Source: Mobula hypostoma
Lineage: Eukaryota
Assembly (NCBI RefSeq): GCF_963921235.1
Contig: NC_086108.1
Location: 75,890,001 to 75,954,000, forward strand
Direction: 5' to 3'
DNA length: 64,000 nucleotides
The position numbers and the translations under genes were made by a program. The notes under the pieces were generated by a model. The model saw only the letters and a program-made list of their open reading frames with translations. It was not told where the DNA came from and did no database searches. Positions 1-13,209 of this stretch are shown piece by piece (positions within the stretch are counted from its first letter, which is position 1; each line of letters opens with the position of its first letter).

Positions 1-215
1 GCTCCCTTTATTCCCATTCTTTGCCTCCTGGCAATCAGCCACTGTTTTATCCAAGCTAGAATCTTTCCTGTAATACCATGGGGTCGTAGCTTGTTAAGCA
101 GCCTCATGTGTGGCACCTTGTCAAAGGCCTTCTGAAAATCCAAGTACACAAAATCAACTGAACCTCCTTTGTCTATCCTACTTGTTATTTCGTCCAAGAA
201 TTCCAACAGAACAAC
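1..215 (-). mobile_element. CR1-clade LINE reverse transcriptase fragment
   Basis: Minus strand reads LLEFLDEITSRIDKG..VDFVYLDFQKAFDKVPHMRLLNKL..HGITGKILAWI, a typical CR1 RT segment. Confidence 0.85.
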
Positions 216-253
216 TTTCCCGTTAAGGTCCCCATTCAGCAAGTGGCAAGGTA

Positions 254-3242
254 CAGTGCCTATAAAAAGTATTCATCTCCCTTGGAAGTTTTCATGTTTT
301 ACAACATTGAATCACAATGGATTTAATTTGCCTTTTGACACCAATCAACAGAAAAAGATTCTTGCGTATCCGATGAAAATAAATCTCTACAAAGTGATCT
401 AAATTGACTACAAACATAAAACACAAAATAATTGATTGTGGCAGTATTCACCCTGTTTAATATGTCACACCAACTCATCACTAGTGCAACCAGTTGGTTT
501 TAGAAGTCACATAATTAGTTAAATGGAGATCACCTGTGTGCAGTCGAGGTGTTTCAATTGATTGTAGTAAAAATGCATATGTATCTGGAAGGTTCAACTC
601 CTGGTGAATCAGTATCCTGGTTAAAAACTACACCATGAAGACAAAAGAACACTAAACAACTCCATGAAAAGGTTATTGAAAAGCACAAGTCAGGAGATGG
701 ATACACTGAATATCTCATGGAGTACAGTTAAGTCAATCATCAAGAAATGGAAAGAATATGGCACAGCTGTAAATCTGCCTAGAGCAGGTCATCCTCAAAA
801 ACTGAGTGACCGTTCAAAAAGGGACGAGTGAGGGAGGCCACCAAGAGGCCTATGACAACTCTGGAGGAGTTGTGAGCTTCAGTGGCTGAGATGGGAGAAA
901 CTGCACGTACGATAACTGTGACCTGGCTGCTTCACCAGTCGCAACTTTATGGGAGAGTGGTAAAGAGAAAGCCACTGTTTTTGGGGGGGGGGAACGGGAC
1001 ACATAAAATCTCAGCTAGAGTTTGCCAGAAGGTAAGTGGGAGACTCTGAAGTCAGCTGGAAGAAGGTTCTATGGTCTGATGAAACCAAAATTCAGCTTTT
1101 TGTCCATCAGACTAAATGCTATGTTTGGCATTAGCCAAACAGCGCACATCATCAAAAATACGCCATCCTTACCGTGAAGCATGGTGGTGATTGCATTATG
1201 CTGTAGGGATGCTTCACAGCAGCAGGCCCTGGAAGGCTTGTGAGGGTAGAGAGCAAAATGAATGCAGCAAAATACAGGGAAATTCTGGAGGAAAACCTGA
1301 TGCAGTCTGCAAGAGAACTCCTACTTGGGAGAAGATTTGTTTTCCAGCAAGGCAATGACCCCAAGCATAAAGCCAAAGAATCAGATGTAGGTGTATTATC
1401 ACCAACATGTGACGTGAAATTTGTTAACTTAGCAGCAGCAGTTCAATGAAGGAAAAAAATCATAAGTAAATCTTATTCAGTAAACTTTATATGTATATTG
1501 AATAGATTAAAATTGTGCAAAACCCCCCCCCCCAGAAATACTATATATTTTTAAAAAAAGTGAGGTAGTGTCCAAAGGTTCAATGTCCATTTAGGAATCG
1601 GATGGCAGAGGGGAAGAGGCTGTTCCTGAATCGCTGAGTGTGTGCCTTCAGGCTTCTGTACCTCCTTCCTGATGGTAACTGTGAGAAAAGGGCATGCCCT
1701 TGGTGCTGGAGGTCCTTAATAATGGACGCTGCCTTTCTGAGACACCACTCCTTGAAGATGTCCTGGGTACTTTGTAGGCTAGTACCCAAGATGGAACTGA
1801 CTAAATTTATAACCCTCTGCAGCTTTTTTTGGTCCTGTGCAGTAGTTTCCCCCACCTCCCCGTACCAGACAGTACATCTATAGATGTTTGTGAGTGTATT
1901 TGCTGACATACCAAATCTCTTCAAACTCCTAATGAAGTATAGTCGCTGTCTTGCCTTCTTTACGACTACATGGATATGTTGGGACCAGCTTAGATCCTCA
2001 GAGATCTTGACACCGAGGAACTTGAAGCTGCTTACTCTCTCCACTTCTGATCCCTCTTGAGGATTGGTATGTGTTCCTTTGTCTTACCCTTTTGGAAGTC
2101 CACGATCAGCTTTTTCATCTTACTGACATTGAGTGCCAGGTTGTTGCTGTGGCACCACTCCACCTAGTTGGTAAATCTCACTCCTGTATGCCTTCTTGTA
2201 CCAATAATGGTTGTATCGTCAGCAAATTTATAGATGGTATTTGAGCTATGCTTAGCCACATAGACATTTGTATATAGAAAGTAGGGCAGTGGAATAAGCA
2301 CACACCCCTGAGGTGCGCCACTGGTGATTGTCTGTGAGGAGGAGATATTATCACCAGTCCACACAGATTGTGGTCTTCTGGTTAGGAAGTCGAGGATCCA
2401 ATTGCAGAGGGAAGTACAGAAGCCCAGATTCTGCAACTTCTCAATCAGGATTGTGGGAATTATGGTATTAAATGCTGAGCTATAGTCGATGAACAGCATC
2501 CTGACGTAGGTGTTTGTATTGTCTAGGTGGTCTAAAGCCGTGTGGAGAGCCATTGAGATTGTGTCTGCTGTTGACCTATTGTGGCGGTAGGCAAATTGCA
2601 ATGGGTCCAGGTCCTTGCTGAGGCAGGAGTTCAGTCTAGTCATGACCAACCTCTCAAAGTATTTCATCACTGTAGGTGTGAGTGCTACCAGGCAATCATC
2701 ATTAAGGCAGCTCAGGTTATTCTTCTTAGGCACTGGTATAATTGTTGCTTTTAAGTACACAGGAATGACTTAAAAACAATACAGTTAATGTTCTGGAGTG
2801 GCCAAGTCAGAGTCCAGACCTCAATCCAATTGAGAATTTGTGGCTGGACTTGAAAAGAGCTGTTCACTCATGATTCCCAAGCAATCTGATAGAGTTTGAG
2901 TAGCTTTGTAAAGAAGAATGGGGAAATATTGCAGTATCCAGATGTGCAAAGCTGATTGAGACCTATTCTCACCGATTCAAGGCTGTAGTTGCTGCCAAGG
3001 ATGCAGCTACTAAATATTGACTTGAAGGAGGTGAGTAACTATGCAATCAATTATTTTGCGTTTAATAATTGTACTAAATTTAGACCAATTTGTAGAAATT
3101 TGTTTTCACTTTGACATGAAAGAGTCTTTCCTGTTGATCGGTGTCAAAAAAGCCAAATTAAATTTACTGTGATTCAATGTTGTAAAACAATAAAACGTGA
3201 AAACATCCAAGGGGGCAGCTTGAATTCTTTTTATGGGCATTG
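254..3242 (+). mobile_element. Tc1-family DNA transposon, decayed, with ~210-bp terminal inverted repeats; interrupted by a LINE
   Basis: Ends TA|CAGTGCCTATAAAAAGTATTCA (252-275) and TGAATTCTTTTTATGGGCATTG|TA (to 3244); similarity extends ~254-460 vs ~3025-3242. Transposase remnants: MKTKEH (635), WSDETK (~1072), NDPKH (~1354), [15 protein letters not shown] (~2799-2843), ATKY* (~3020), with stops and frameshifts. Confidence 0.93.
1379..2756 (-). mobile_element. Rex1/Babar-like non-LTR retrotransposon, 5'-truncated, nested in the Tc1 transposase
   Basis: ORFs 2164-2760 ([34 protein letters not shown]) and 1580-2044 (FKFLGV..KKARQRLYF..LPSGRRYRS); Tc1 coding sequence resumes on both sides. 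Confidence 0.9.
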
Positions 3243-3469
3243 TAGGTAACCATCGGAAGGTCGCGGCCAATGGCATCTGTGAGTAAGGAAATTGGAGAAG
3301 AATCCACAATGCTCTTCTTTTAACCATTTCATTTGACAAATATTTGTTGGCCCTGTTCTTTTTAGTTTGAGATCAGGATCACTAGATATTTGCAAGCATA
3401 TTCTCACAGTTTATCAATCTGCTATAGTCGTGAATTGTATTATCTTAGAGATGTCACAAAATTCTTCAC

Positions 3470-3740
3470 TTCTATCAGACTGAGGTTTTAAGCCCTAATC
3501 CAAAAATTGGGTAGATCTAGATCTACGCAACAGATGTAGGCTGGAACTTCACTGAAGGAGTGCTGAAAATACTCTCTCTGAGATGAGACGTTCATTTGAG
3601 GTTTCCATCTGCCACCTCGAGTGAACTTCTTTTAAAATAAATAAATCTTGGGCTTGTTTGAGAAAGGACATTGGATTTATCCATAGTATCATAACCAATA
3701 TTTACCTCTTTAATCAAAAGCAGATTATTTAATTATTAAC
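3470..3740 (+). mobile_element. Highly degenerate old SINE (DeuSINE-like)
   Basis: Weak resemblance only (…GAAGGAGTGCTG…GAGACGTT…ACCAATATTTACCTC…); family not certain. Confidence 0.3.
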
Positions 3741-4099
3741 ACATATTCTTCTTAGTGCAACCTGTGTGCAGGTTGCCTGCTGTTTTATCTACATTTCAAC
3801 CATTGAGTACTTTACAAGTGTTGTAAAGCATTTGGATAACCTGAATTTCTGAAGGGAATATGAATGCCTGTCTTTTATTTTTGAGGGCAGGCACAACCGA
3901 GTTAAAGTACTGAATACATGCACTTTATTTTCAGTTATAATCCAAGTAACTAAGGGTCTTTGTGTCTTGCAGTAAAATTGCAGACCCAAATTCAATAGGC
4001 AAAACTGAATTTGTTTTTTTTTGGGAAGGAGAAAAATGTCTAGCCCATTTTCTAAGACTATCCTAAAAATCTACTCCGTAAAACACTTCCCTTAAGATC

Positions 4100-4825
4100 T
4101 CAAGTTCACGTTCAAGTTAGTGGCTGTACGTAAATACAACCAAATGAAGCAACATTCCCCCAGACTACCAGACACCCAGAAAACATCTATCACACAGCAC
4201 ATGAAACGAAGTATTACCACAAATAAGTTAATGAAATAAAATTTGTGTGCAGCACAAGTAAACAGTACAGTAAACAGCTTGCTGTCTCAGTGGTGGCAAA
4301 GTATTCATTAGTCTCACAGCCTGACGGAAGAAGCTGTTGCCTATTCTGACGGTTCTAGTTCTAATCTCCTGTACCTCCTTCCTGACAATGGTGGGTCAAA
4401 GATATTTTCGGATAGGTGGTAGGGCCCCTTTGTAAATGGAGTGAGAGCGAGACCCCTGCTGATTTGCTCAGCGGATTTTTCTATCCTCTGTCTGGTTTTG
4501 GAGTCTGATGCTTTACAGCTTCCATACCACACGATGCTGCGGCCAGACAGGGCACTCGATGATGTGCCTGTAGAAAGTCATTAGAATGGGGGCAGAGAGC
4601 CTTGCACACCTTAGTCTCCTTAGAAAATGTAGGCTCTGCTATACCTTACTAACTTATGAGGAGCTGTTGTGGGTCCTTGTTGATTGTCAGTTAAGTGTAC
4701 ACCAAGGAACTTTGTGCTGTACACTCTCTCCATGACAGAACCATTGATGTGCAATGGACAGTCATCAACCTGCTTTTTCCTAAGGTCCACGATCATCTCT
4801 ATTGTCTTGTCCACATTGAGGCAGT
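4100..4825 (-). mobile_element. Rex1/Babar-like LINE 3' fragment
   Basis: Remnants KTIEMIVDLRK, TKFLGVH, WYGSC, PLSGRRYR; CTTGAA-type tail near 4100. Confidence 0.8.
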
Positions 4826-5199
4826 GTCAAGATTTGTCTAAATACCCTTCGCTGAAGTGGCTTAAAATGTTCTATTTTGTCAAAGGAACAATATAAATGC
4901 AAGTTGAAATAGTTTACAGAATCAATTACTGTCTTTGCAAAATGATTCATGAATCAGTGGCTTATTTAGGAATCTTGCTGAGATTAATATTGATTTAATA
5001 TACATTGATGTGTTTGAGTTTTCTGACGCTATCCTCTAAGCAGGGGTTCCCAGCCTTTTTAATGTTGTGAACCCTTACCATTAACCAAGATGTCTGTGGA
5101 CCCTTGCTTTAAGCTGTGAAGTGGAGATTGCTATTTTTATCTGAACGCAGTGTATAATTGACTAAGATTTGAAGTTTGTTTATTCACTAAATCTCTAAA

Positions 5200-5360
5200 G
5201 TATTACACAAGTTGCTGGAAGAACTCTGAATCTAACAGCATCATTGGGAGGAAGGAAGTTGTCAAAGTTTTAGGTTGAAACCCTTTTGGCCTGAAACATC
5301 AACAATTTCTCTCCTTTTGATGCTACTGAGTTTCTAACAGCAGATTGTGTTTTACTCCAG
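5200..5360. repeat. Degenerate fold-back of two inverted Penelope-like termini
   Basis: TTGCTGGAAGAACTC…CAGCATC…GGAAG vs CTCC…GATGCT…GAGTTTCTAACAGCAG; same family as 29860-30036. Confidence 0.55.
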
Positions 5361-5744
5361 ATCAAGGATTAATTTTATTCACCACACAGATTTACTTGCA
5401 TTAGGAATTTGCTGCGGTGTGTTGCAATTTGCAACAAAAAAACAATATTCTACAATTATAAAGAGCTATAAAAATAAAGTTTGAAGCTAAAGTACAGATA
5501 TGGAATAAATACATAAGTACCAGCATGTATTTATAATGTAAACTGCATTATAAAAAGTAGTTTGAAGTGTCTAAGTGACTGAGGTGATGCAGGAGGGTGG
5601 GAGTAAGGCTAACTAAAATAGTCGATGAGATGAACTGCCTGAGGAAGAAATTTTTCAGATGCAGATTCCAGCATTTGCAGCCTCTTGTGTTTTAAAGTTA
5701 CTACGTTTTACATAATCATCAGCCTCTGAAGTGTAATTTTATTA

Positions 5745-5985
5745 GAGATGTAGCATGTTAACAGGCCCTTGTGGCCAAACAAGGGCGTGCTGCTCAGTTA
5801 CACCCATTTGACCAATTAACCAAGTAACTGTTACGTTATTGGAAAGCGGGAGGAAACTGGAGCACGCAGAGGAAACGCACGTGGTTACAAGGAGAATGTA
5901 GAAACTCCTTACATACGCCGGCAGAACTGAACCCAGGTTGTTGGCGTTATAATAAGAGTTATGCTAATCACTGCACTACCAGGCT
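5745..5985 (-). mobile_element. V-SINE/HE1-like SINE
   Basis: GGGAGGAAACTGGAGCACGCAGAGGAAACGCAC…GGAGAATGTAGAAACTCC is the reverse complement of the V-SINE central domain; B-box-like GGTTCAGTTC on the minus strand. Confidence 0.75.
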
Positions 5986-6919
5986 CTCTCGCATCCTATT
6001 ACAGTGATTTACAAAGATAGCAATGCTGAAGAATAGGCTATTGATATTTCTGCCCATCTGCTCCTGAGGTAACCTGTAAATCATCACCTTACTTTGTCTT
6101 CATGGCCGTCCTGGTGAATATCAGCCTTTCTCCTACAAGGTGAGGAGTTGTATTGTACATACTTATCTGGTAATACAGTGTTAATGGACATCAGACTCAT
6201 TTAGGCCACCAAATTAAATAATCAAATTAGAATAGAATTTTGCTATTCAGCTCCTTGAGGTGTTGGTAGTAGTCCAGGAGACTGGAGACAAAGGCTTGCC
6301 CAGACACTAGCTTCTTTTTGGCCCCTATTGAAAAAGAATCCCATCTCCTTAAAATAGTTCATTGAATCAACACCATGTATGCAGGAAGCCTGTCCATTGG
6401 TCCACTGTTTATTAGGTAGATCTGTTTGAGTCTAATTTGTCGTAGACTTCTGTGGTCTTGAATAATGCATTAATTAAATTACCTCACTTGAGCACTCTCT
6501 AGTCATTATTTTATAAGTCATGATCAAATAAGCCCTTATACTGGTCTCTAATACATAAAAGCCAAGTTCTTTTCACTCAGATGTGGTTTTAAACATGTTT
6601 AATCTTCTAGTCCTCCTGAATCTTTTCCAGATCTTCTGATTCCACTTCCTAGATTTTTGTAGGCTTTGGAAAATGGAAGAATAAACATTTTGGTCAGCCT
6701 GAAGTTGATCTGCAAACTACACTTAGACATACTGTAACCTTTTCAGGAGCATAAATCCAGTACAACAGGTTTTACGTATTTAAGGAATTTCTAAAATTAA
6801 ATAATTAAAGCCTGCAGAACCTAGAAATCTAAAAAGAAGCTGAATTTTTGGGGATATACTCAGCAGGTCAGGCAGCATCTGTGGAAAGAGAAACAGTAAC
6901 ATTTCAGGTTTGTTGCTCT

Positions 6920-8040
6920 CACCTTAGGAGAAATCAAAAAGCAGATTATCTGAATGGAGTTTGCATGAGTTGAATATTGAAATGTTCTGTATGAAATGGA
7001 GGATGAGAGGTGACCTGATAGAGGTGTATAAGATGATGAGAGGCATTGACCGTGTGGATAGTCAGAGGCTTTTTCCCAGGGCTGAAATGGTTAACACAAG
7101 AGCGTATAGTTTTAAGGTGCTTGCAAGTAGGTACAGAGGAGATGTCAGGGGTAAGTTTTTAAACACCGAGAGTGGTGATTGTGTGGAATAGGCTGCTGGT
7201 GGCGGTGGTGGAGGCGGAAACGATAGGGTCTTTTAAGAGACTCCTGGATGGGTATATGGAGCACAGAAAAATAGAGGGCTATGGGTAAGCCTAGGTAGTT
7301 CTAAGGTAAGGACATGTTCGGCACAGCTTTGTGGGCCGAAGGGCCTGTATTGTGCTGTTGGTTTTCTATGTTTCTATGAAACAAAAGCATTAGCATGTAG
7401 ATGCAGCAAGTAAAAGGCAAATGGTATATTGGTCCTCTTCACTTCAGGCTGGAGCTTTAAAATGAGTAAGTATTGTTATAATTGTATAGGCCATTGGTGA
7501 GGCTGAATCTGTAGTACAGTGTACAGTTTTTGCTGCTGTTACTTAAAGAATTTAATAGCATTGGAGGCAGTCTGGAAGACATCCATTGGGATAATTCCTG
7601 GGATGACACCAAAAACTTAAAAAAAAGATCTGTTGTCTTGGGAGTTTAGAAGAATAAAGGTGATCTGAAACATACAAGGTCCTAAGGGGTCATGAGAGGA
7701 TAGATGTTGAAATATTTTCAGAAGCAGTGGTCTTAAATTGATCATTTGAATTTCAATATAAGGGAGCAATGATTTAAAACAGAAATGTGCATTATTTTTA
7801 TTCTCTGAGAATGGTGAATCTGTTTTAATTTTCTATCCAAGGAGTTTGTAGAGACTAGATCACTGGAGGTTTCTGAAGAGAAAATTGATTAAATGAAGTA
7901 AGATTGGAGAATTGAGGACCATGTGAAAATGCCCCAAAGGAGGGTTGAGGCTTAGGATAGATGAGACATGATTTTTTAAAATAGTTGGGCAGGTTTCAGG
8001 GGCTTGGTGAACAGGTAGTTCCAGAATAGTGATCTGGCAA
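6920..8040 (+). mobile_element. Old CR1 3' fragment containing a younger CR1 3' end (~6997-7378)
   Basis: Younger copy reads RMRGDLIEVYKMMRGIDRVDSQRLFPR, then GGGCCGAAGGGCCTGT and a (TTCTATGT)-type tail; flanks are a more degenerate CR1 RT C-terminus. Confidence 0.8.
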
Positions 8041-9544
8041 TAATGCATGTAGAGATGGGGTATTGAAGTTCAAATCTAGATTGTATGCAGCTTCCTGGTG
8101 GTGGTGGTGGTGTGAGGGTGAGAGCATGCATTTGGGAGGTACTATCAAGAGAAGCCTTGGAAATTAGGTACATTTATCATAAACTTAGTGGGTGCTGCAA
8201 CTCACGAATGTTTAATGTTTCAAGAAGGATTGTACTGCACTTGGATGGGCTGAAGCTATACACATCGAAGGGAATAGATCAGGATTCTATTTGCTAAGTA
8301 ATGGAAAAGACTTTGGGAGATTGGAACTGCTCACTTGCCTTATCATGCCCAGTTTCTGACCTGGACTTGGAGCTATAGTATTTATGGCTGGTCCATTTAA
8401 GCTTCCCGTTTGTGCTCTTGCTCAGTTAGACCCTTTGCCTTCATTTCTCTGACCAAAATGTACAGATTGGCATTGGCTTACATTTGTCATGCTTTGCTTG
8501 TATTCTTATCCAGCTAGCTGTCTTGTAGTTTGGTTATTGCCAACAAACACAGAAAATATCCCCTATGTTGACAGAATGCAGCATTAAATAATCAATGGTA
8601 AAATTCACTAGACTTACAGAGCAAGGAAAGTTGTCTGGTTCTAATTCCTTAGTTTTGCTGTGCGTGAGTCAAGCCATCTATGATGGTTAAGTGTATTTTT
8701 CTTATAACTGAAAGGTAATTTTATCTTTTTAAAAACCCAAGTGTGTGCAAGACAAACTGCATATTCTTCCCTTGTCATAAATGCCTTTTGGAGGCCAGCA
8801 TGGAAAATTCTTTTGGGGAGGGGGAAAGAAGCTTTAAAATTGGTGCCGCATTTGTAGCAATTTGATAGTGTTAGTACTCTGTAGACATATTATGAATCAT
8901 TGCCTGTGCTCCTCATGTGAGAGGATTACAGTAATTTGTTTCAATTAAAGATTTTGTGAATGCTGGGCAATTAAGCCTCATCTCGAGACTTTTTGTTTTG
9001 CCACAAACACAAATTGAGTTTCCTCCTGCCTAGATGTAACCAGTATTTAGTCTATTCAGAAAGAACAGGAGAGGCAGCAATTGAGGCCTAAGTTATTTAA
9101 CAGTGTCCAATATTGAAGATTGTGTGAAAGAGTCTGCTATTTATATTGTGGAAGTGAAGCTAATCCTTTAAAACAGTACTTGTTAGTTACATTTTGTTGA
9201 GTGATGCAATCCTAATGAGTGTTGCTTGAGGGCTATTGCTTGGTACACGCTGTACCACTAAACTATTGGACGTAGTCTACTATAGTTGCAATTATCCTGT
9301 ACGTAATGACCTTCCTTCTGTCATTTATGTCATCTGTGGAGCTATTTGTTGATTATTCCAGTTTGTTTTCCACCACATCCTCCCCCCACCCCCCAATCCT
9401 ACTTGATAATAAAGCAGGCTATGTATGTAATGATGTGGGCAATATTCACATTGCCCCAGACATCCAGTACTTTATAAGAGAAGATGTGGCAAGATGCAGG
9501 GAGTAGGGGCGTAAGCAGGGATTCTCCATTGGCATGTCATTTGT

Positions 9545-9890
9545 AGACCGATAGATACATTAGTGATTCCAAAGGAAGTTAGTGTCACAGTAGCATTACA
9601 AGTCCACAGATGTAGAATATTAGAAGAAAAGCAAGAAAAAAAAAAGTTGCCTCAAACAGCCTAACAGGAGGGGGTCATCATTTCCCCAGCGATAGGTTGA
9701 CTCATTATAGAGCCTAATGGCCGAGGGGAAGAATAACTTCATATAGCACTCTTTGGAGCAACACAGTTGTCTTAGTCTGTTACTAAAAGTCCTCCTCTGT
9801 TGCATGCAGAAGGTAAGAAGCATTGTCCAGAATTGCTAGATTTTCCATTGGGTCCATTGTTCTAACACAGCTGCTGGTGTGTCCAGTTTT
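9545..9890 (-). mobile_element. Rex1/Babar-like LINE 3' fragment
   Basis: RTFSNRLRQLCC..FFPSAIRLYN C-terminal motif, like the end of ORF 23218-24063. Confidence 0.75.
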
Positions 9891-10744
9891 GCAATTTTAG
9901 TAGTGAAAGCTCGTGTACAACATTACGTGAGCCATAGTGACATGGGAATTGCTGTCTCCTGGACACTTAACAATTGGCAGTCAAATTGTGCTTTTGTGTG
10001 TCATATTCTCTTGCGTGGTATGGGAGGTGCTATCCTCCCCTTTAATGAATATTTCTAATAACTGGCAGCAAAAGAAGTAGCAACATGTAGTGATTGTAGG
10101 GAGTGAATTAGGCACGATTCTTGCCCCTCCCCCTCACCCCATCATGTGAAAATGCTTTCTCCTTTTAGATGGGCATTGCTTGCTAACAATTACTTATACT
10201 TCCACTGGTGGGTTCCGTTCACAGCTTGTGCCATATACAAGTCATGTAAGAGATTTTTATAAGAAGAGTCAATGGTGCAGAACCACAGAAAATCCCTCAC
10301 TCTTAATGTTGACACTTAGGACATAATGAACAGAATTAAACAAAAATGTTATGAACTCAGTTTGTTTTTATTAAATTACCGGCTTCTTTTGTAACATGTA
10401 TTCTATATGGTTTGCTAATTAAAAATCAATATGGACAATAATTTAAACCCATCTGCATTATTCAAGTTCACTGCATATGCTGCTATGTGATCAATGGCTC
10501 CAATTCTGGATTGTGATTTAAGGAATTGACAGTCAGACAGTAAAACCAAAATCATTGATTTCCACTCCACTTCATAGTAATAAGCCTGAAATATGTTGGT
10601 TTACAGAATGGTAGAGTGCAGTGCAGGTCCCCTTTCAGTAGATTCAATGACTTGCAGGACAGTTCAGGAGTTTTATTACTGCTTGATGATTCATCCAATT
10701 AAAGCATGTCCCTAAAATAAAATTTAACCTGGAATTTTGTCAAA

Positions 10745-13085
10745 CTGCACGGACTCCCAGATGAGTACAAAACTGGTACGTGCCTGTCAGAATAAAAGGG
10801 AAAGGTAACAGGTGCAAGGAACCTGTTTATGAGAAAAAGGAAGTGCTTGGGAAGTATAGGCAAATAGGAACAAATTGGGTGCTTATGGAGTACAAGAAAT
10901 GCAAGAACACACTTAAGAAAGAAACCAGGAAGGCGAAAAAAAGGCATGAAGTTGCTCAAATAGAAAAGGTGAAGGAGAATCCCAAGGGATTTGACAGGTA
11001 TGATAGGAGCAAAAGGATTGCTAGGGACCAAACAGGTCTTCTGGAAGATCAGAACGGTAATCCATGTGTGGAGCCAAAACAGATGGGGCAGTTCTTAAAT
11101 GCATTCTTTGCATCTGTATTTACTCAGGAGGTGGATGCAGAGTCTGCAGAAGTGAGGCCGAGCGTCATCAACTTCATGGACCTTGTACACAATACAGAAG
11201 AGAAGGTGTTTGCTTCCCTGAGGCAAATTGGGGTGGATAAATCCCCAAGGCCTGACAGGGTGTTCCCTTGGACCCTATAGGATGTAAGTGCAGAAATTGC
11301 TGGGGCCCTAGTAGTGATACCAGTTAATATGGTTAACTGGATCAGCAAGTTTGTGGCTGACGCCAAGATTGGGGGTGTAGTGGACAATGAGGAAGGCTAT
11401 CGTGGGTTGCAGAGGGATCTGCATCAGCTGGAAAAATGGCAGGTGGAATTTAATGCAGACAAGTGTAAGGTTTTGCATTTTGGTAGGACCAACCAGAGTA
11501 GGTCTTACACAATGGTCGATCGGGCACTGAGGAGTGTGATAGAACAAAGGGATTTTGGAATACAGGTACATTATTCGTTGAAAGTGGTGTAACAGGTAGG
11601 TGGAGTTGTAAAGAAAGCTTTTGGCACATTGGTCTTCATAAATCAATGTATTGCGTAATGGAGGTGGGACGTTATGTTGAAGTTGTGTAAGTCATTGGTG
11701 AAGCTTAATTTGGAGTATCTTGTGCAGTTTTGGTCACCTGTCTACAGGAATGATGTAAATAATGTTGTAATAGTACAGAGAAAACTTACAAGGATATTGT
11801 CAGGGCTGGAGGATCTGAGTTACAAGGAAAGGTTGAATAGGTCAGGACTGTATCCTTTAGAATGTAGAGGATTTAGAATGTGGAGGATTAGGAGGAGATT
11901 TGATAGATGTATACAAAATTATGAGGGGTATAGATGGGGTACTCTACCCACTCTACCTGCCTTCGCTATGGGTGATGAGAAGCTGTCAGTAGTGCCATCT
12001 TTCAAATATCTGGGGAGCATTCTCTCTGAGGATAGCGGCATTGACAACGATATCCAGAGCCACATTAAACAGGCATCAGCTGCCTTTGGGAAACTTTGGC
12101 ATATAGTCTTTCAGAACAGGAGCCATTGTCCCTCCACAAAGGTCACCATATACCAAGCGGACTGTGTCACCACCCTCCTTTATAGCTGTGAAGCTTGGAT
12201 AACCTACAGCCCTCACATCAAGTCCTTGGGAATTACCTGGTGTGAGCGAGTGCCTCACACTGAAATACTTGTAAAGACCAACTGCAGAAGTATTGAGGCC
12301 ATGATCACCCAGCGTTAGCTGCAGTGGCTGGGGCACGTGATAAGGAAGCCCCCATGTTGGCTAGCCCGCAGAGTGTTATACGGCCAGCTACATCATGGTC
12401 GATGCTCAGATGGAGGGCCAAACAAGCGCTATAAGGATCAGATGAAGAATGCTTTAAGGAAGTGCAAGATCAGACCTGAGGACCTGGAGGAGGTTGCTGC
12501 TGACCATACCACTTGGCGACAGCTATGTAGGGACGGGGTTCATATTCTGGAGATGGAAAGGACAACCAGAAGACAGCAGAAGAGAGCCAGGAGAAATGCA
12601 GCCATGGTTGCCACTACTACTACATATACATGTCCCACCTGCAATAGAGCTTGTGGGTCCAGGATAGGACTGCATAGTAATCAAAGATCTCACTGTTAAA
12701 GGAGTGGACGTCGTCATTGGATTTCGATGGACAACCGAAAAAGAAGAAGAGATGGGGTAAATGCAAACAAGTTTTTTCCACTGAGGTTGGGTTGGACTGC
12801 AACCAGAGGTCATGGGTTAGGGGTGAAAGGTGAGAGGTTTAAGGGGAACATGAAGGGAAACTCCACTCAGAGGGTGGTGAGAGTGTGGAATGAGCTCCCA
12901 GCACAAGTGGTGCATGCGAGCTTGATTTTAATGTTTAATAAAGGTTTGACAAAGCACATGGATAGTAGGGATGTGGAGGGCTATGGTTCCCGTGCAGGTA
13001 ATTGGGAATAAGCAGTTTAAATGGCTTTTGGCATGGACTAGATGGGCCAAAGGGCCTGTTTTCATGCTGTACTTTTCTTTGATAC
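10745..13085 (+). mobile_element. CR1 LINE, 5'-truncated, with internal RT deletion near 11315; interrupted by an RTE
   Basis: KENPKGF, FFASVFTQE, KSPRPD, then a jump to ISKFVADAKIGG, WQVEFNADKCKVLHFG, LEYLVQFWSP, VVRVWNELP and a CR1-type 3' end. Confidence 0.88.
11942..12749 (+). mobile_element. RTE-clade LINE 3' fragment with (GAA)n tail and 10-bp TSD
   Basis: FKYLGS, ASAAFGKL, LLYSCEAW, QWLGHV, KRYKD and a C-terminal CPTCNRACGSRIGLHSNQRSH finger; AGATGGGGTA is duplicated at 11932-11941 and 12750-12759. Confidence 0.9.
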
Positions 13086-13209
13086 TGCCGATGGCAGTGC
13101 TCTCTGCTGTCCTGTTGTTTACAGGTGCTGTCTTGTAGCTGAGTGTCATAAGCCTTTAGAAACAAGCTTTTATTTAATTGTTCTTTATGTTTAGCATATA
13201 TTTATGTTT

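Noticed and set aside
5041..5107. Tiny hAT-like MITE (CAGGGGTTCCC…ACCCTTG)
   Set aside because: The right TIR is mostly lost and the flanks do not give a clean 8-bp TSD
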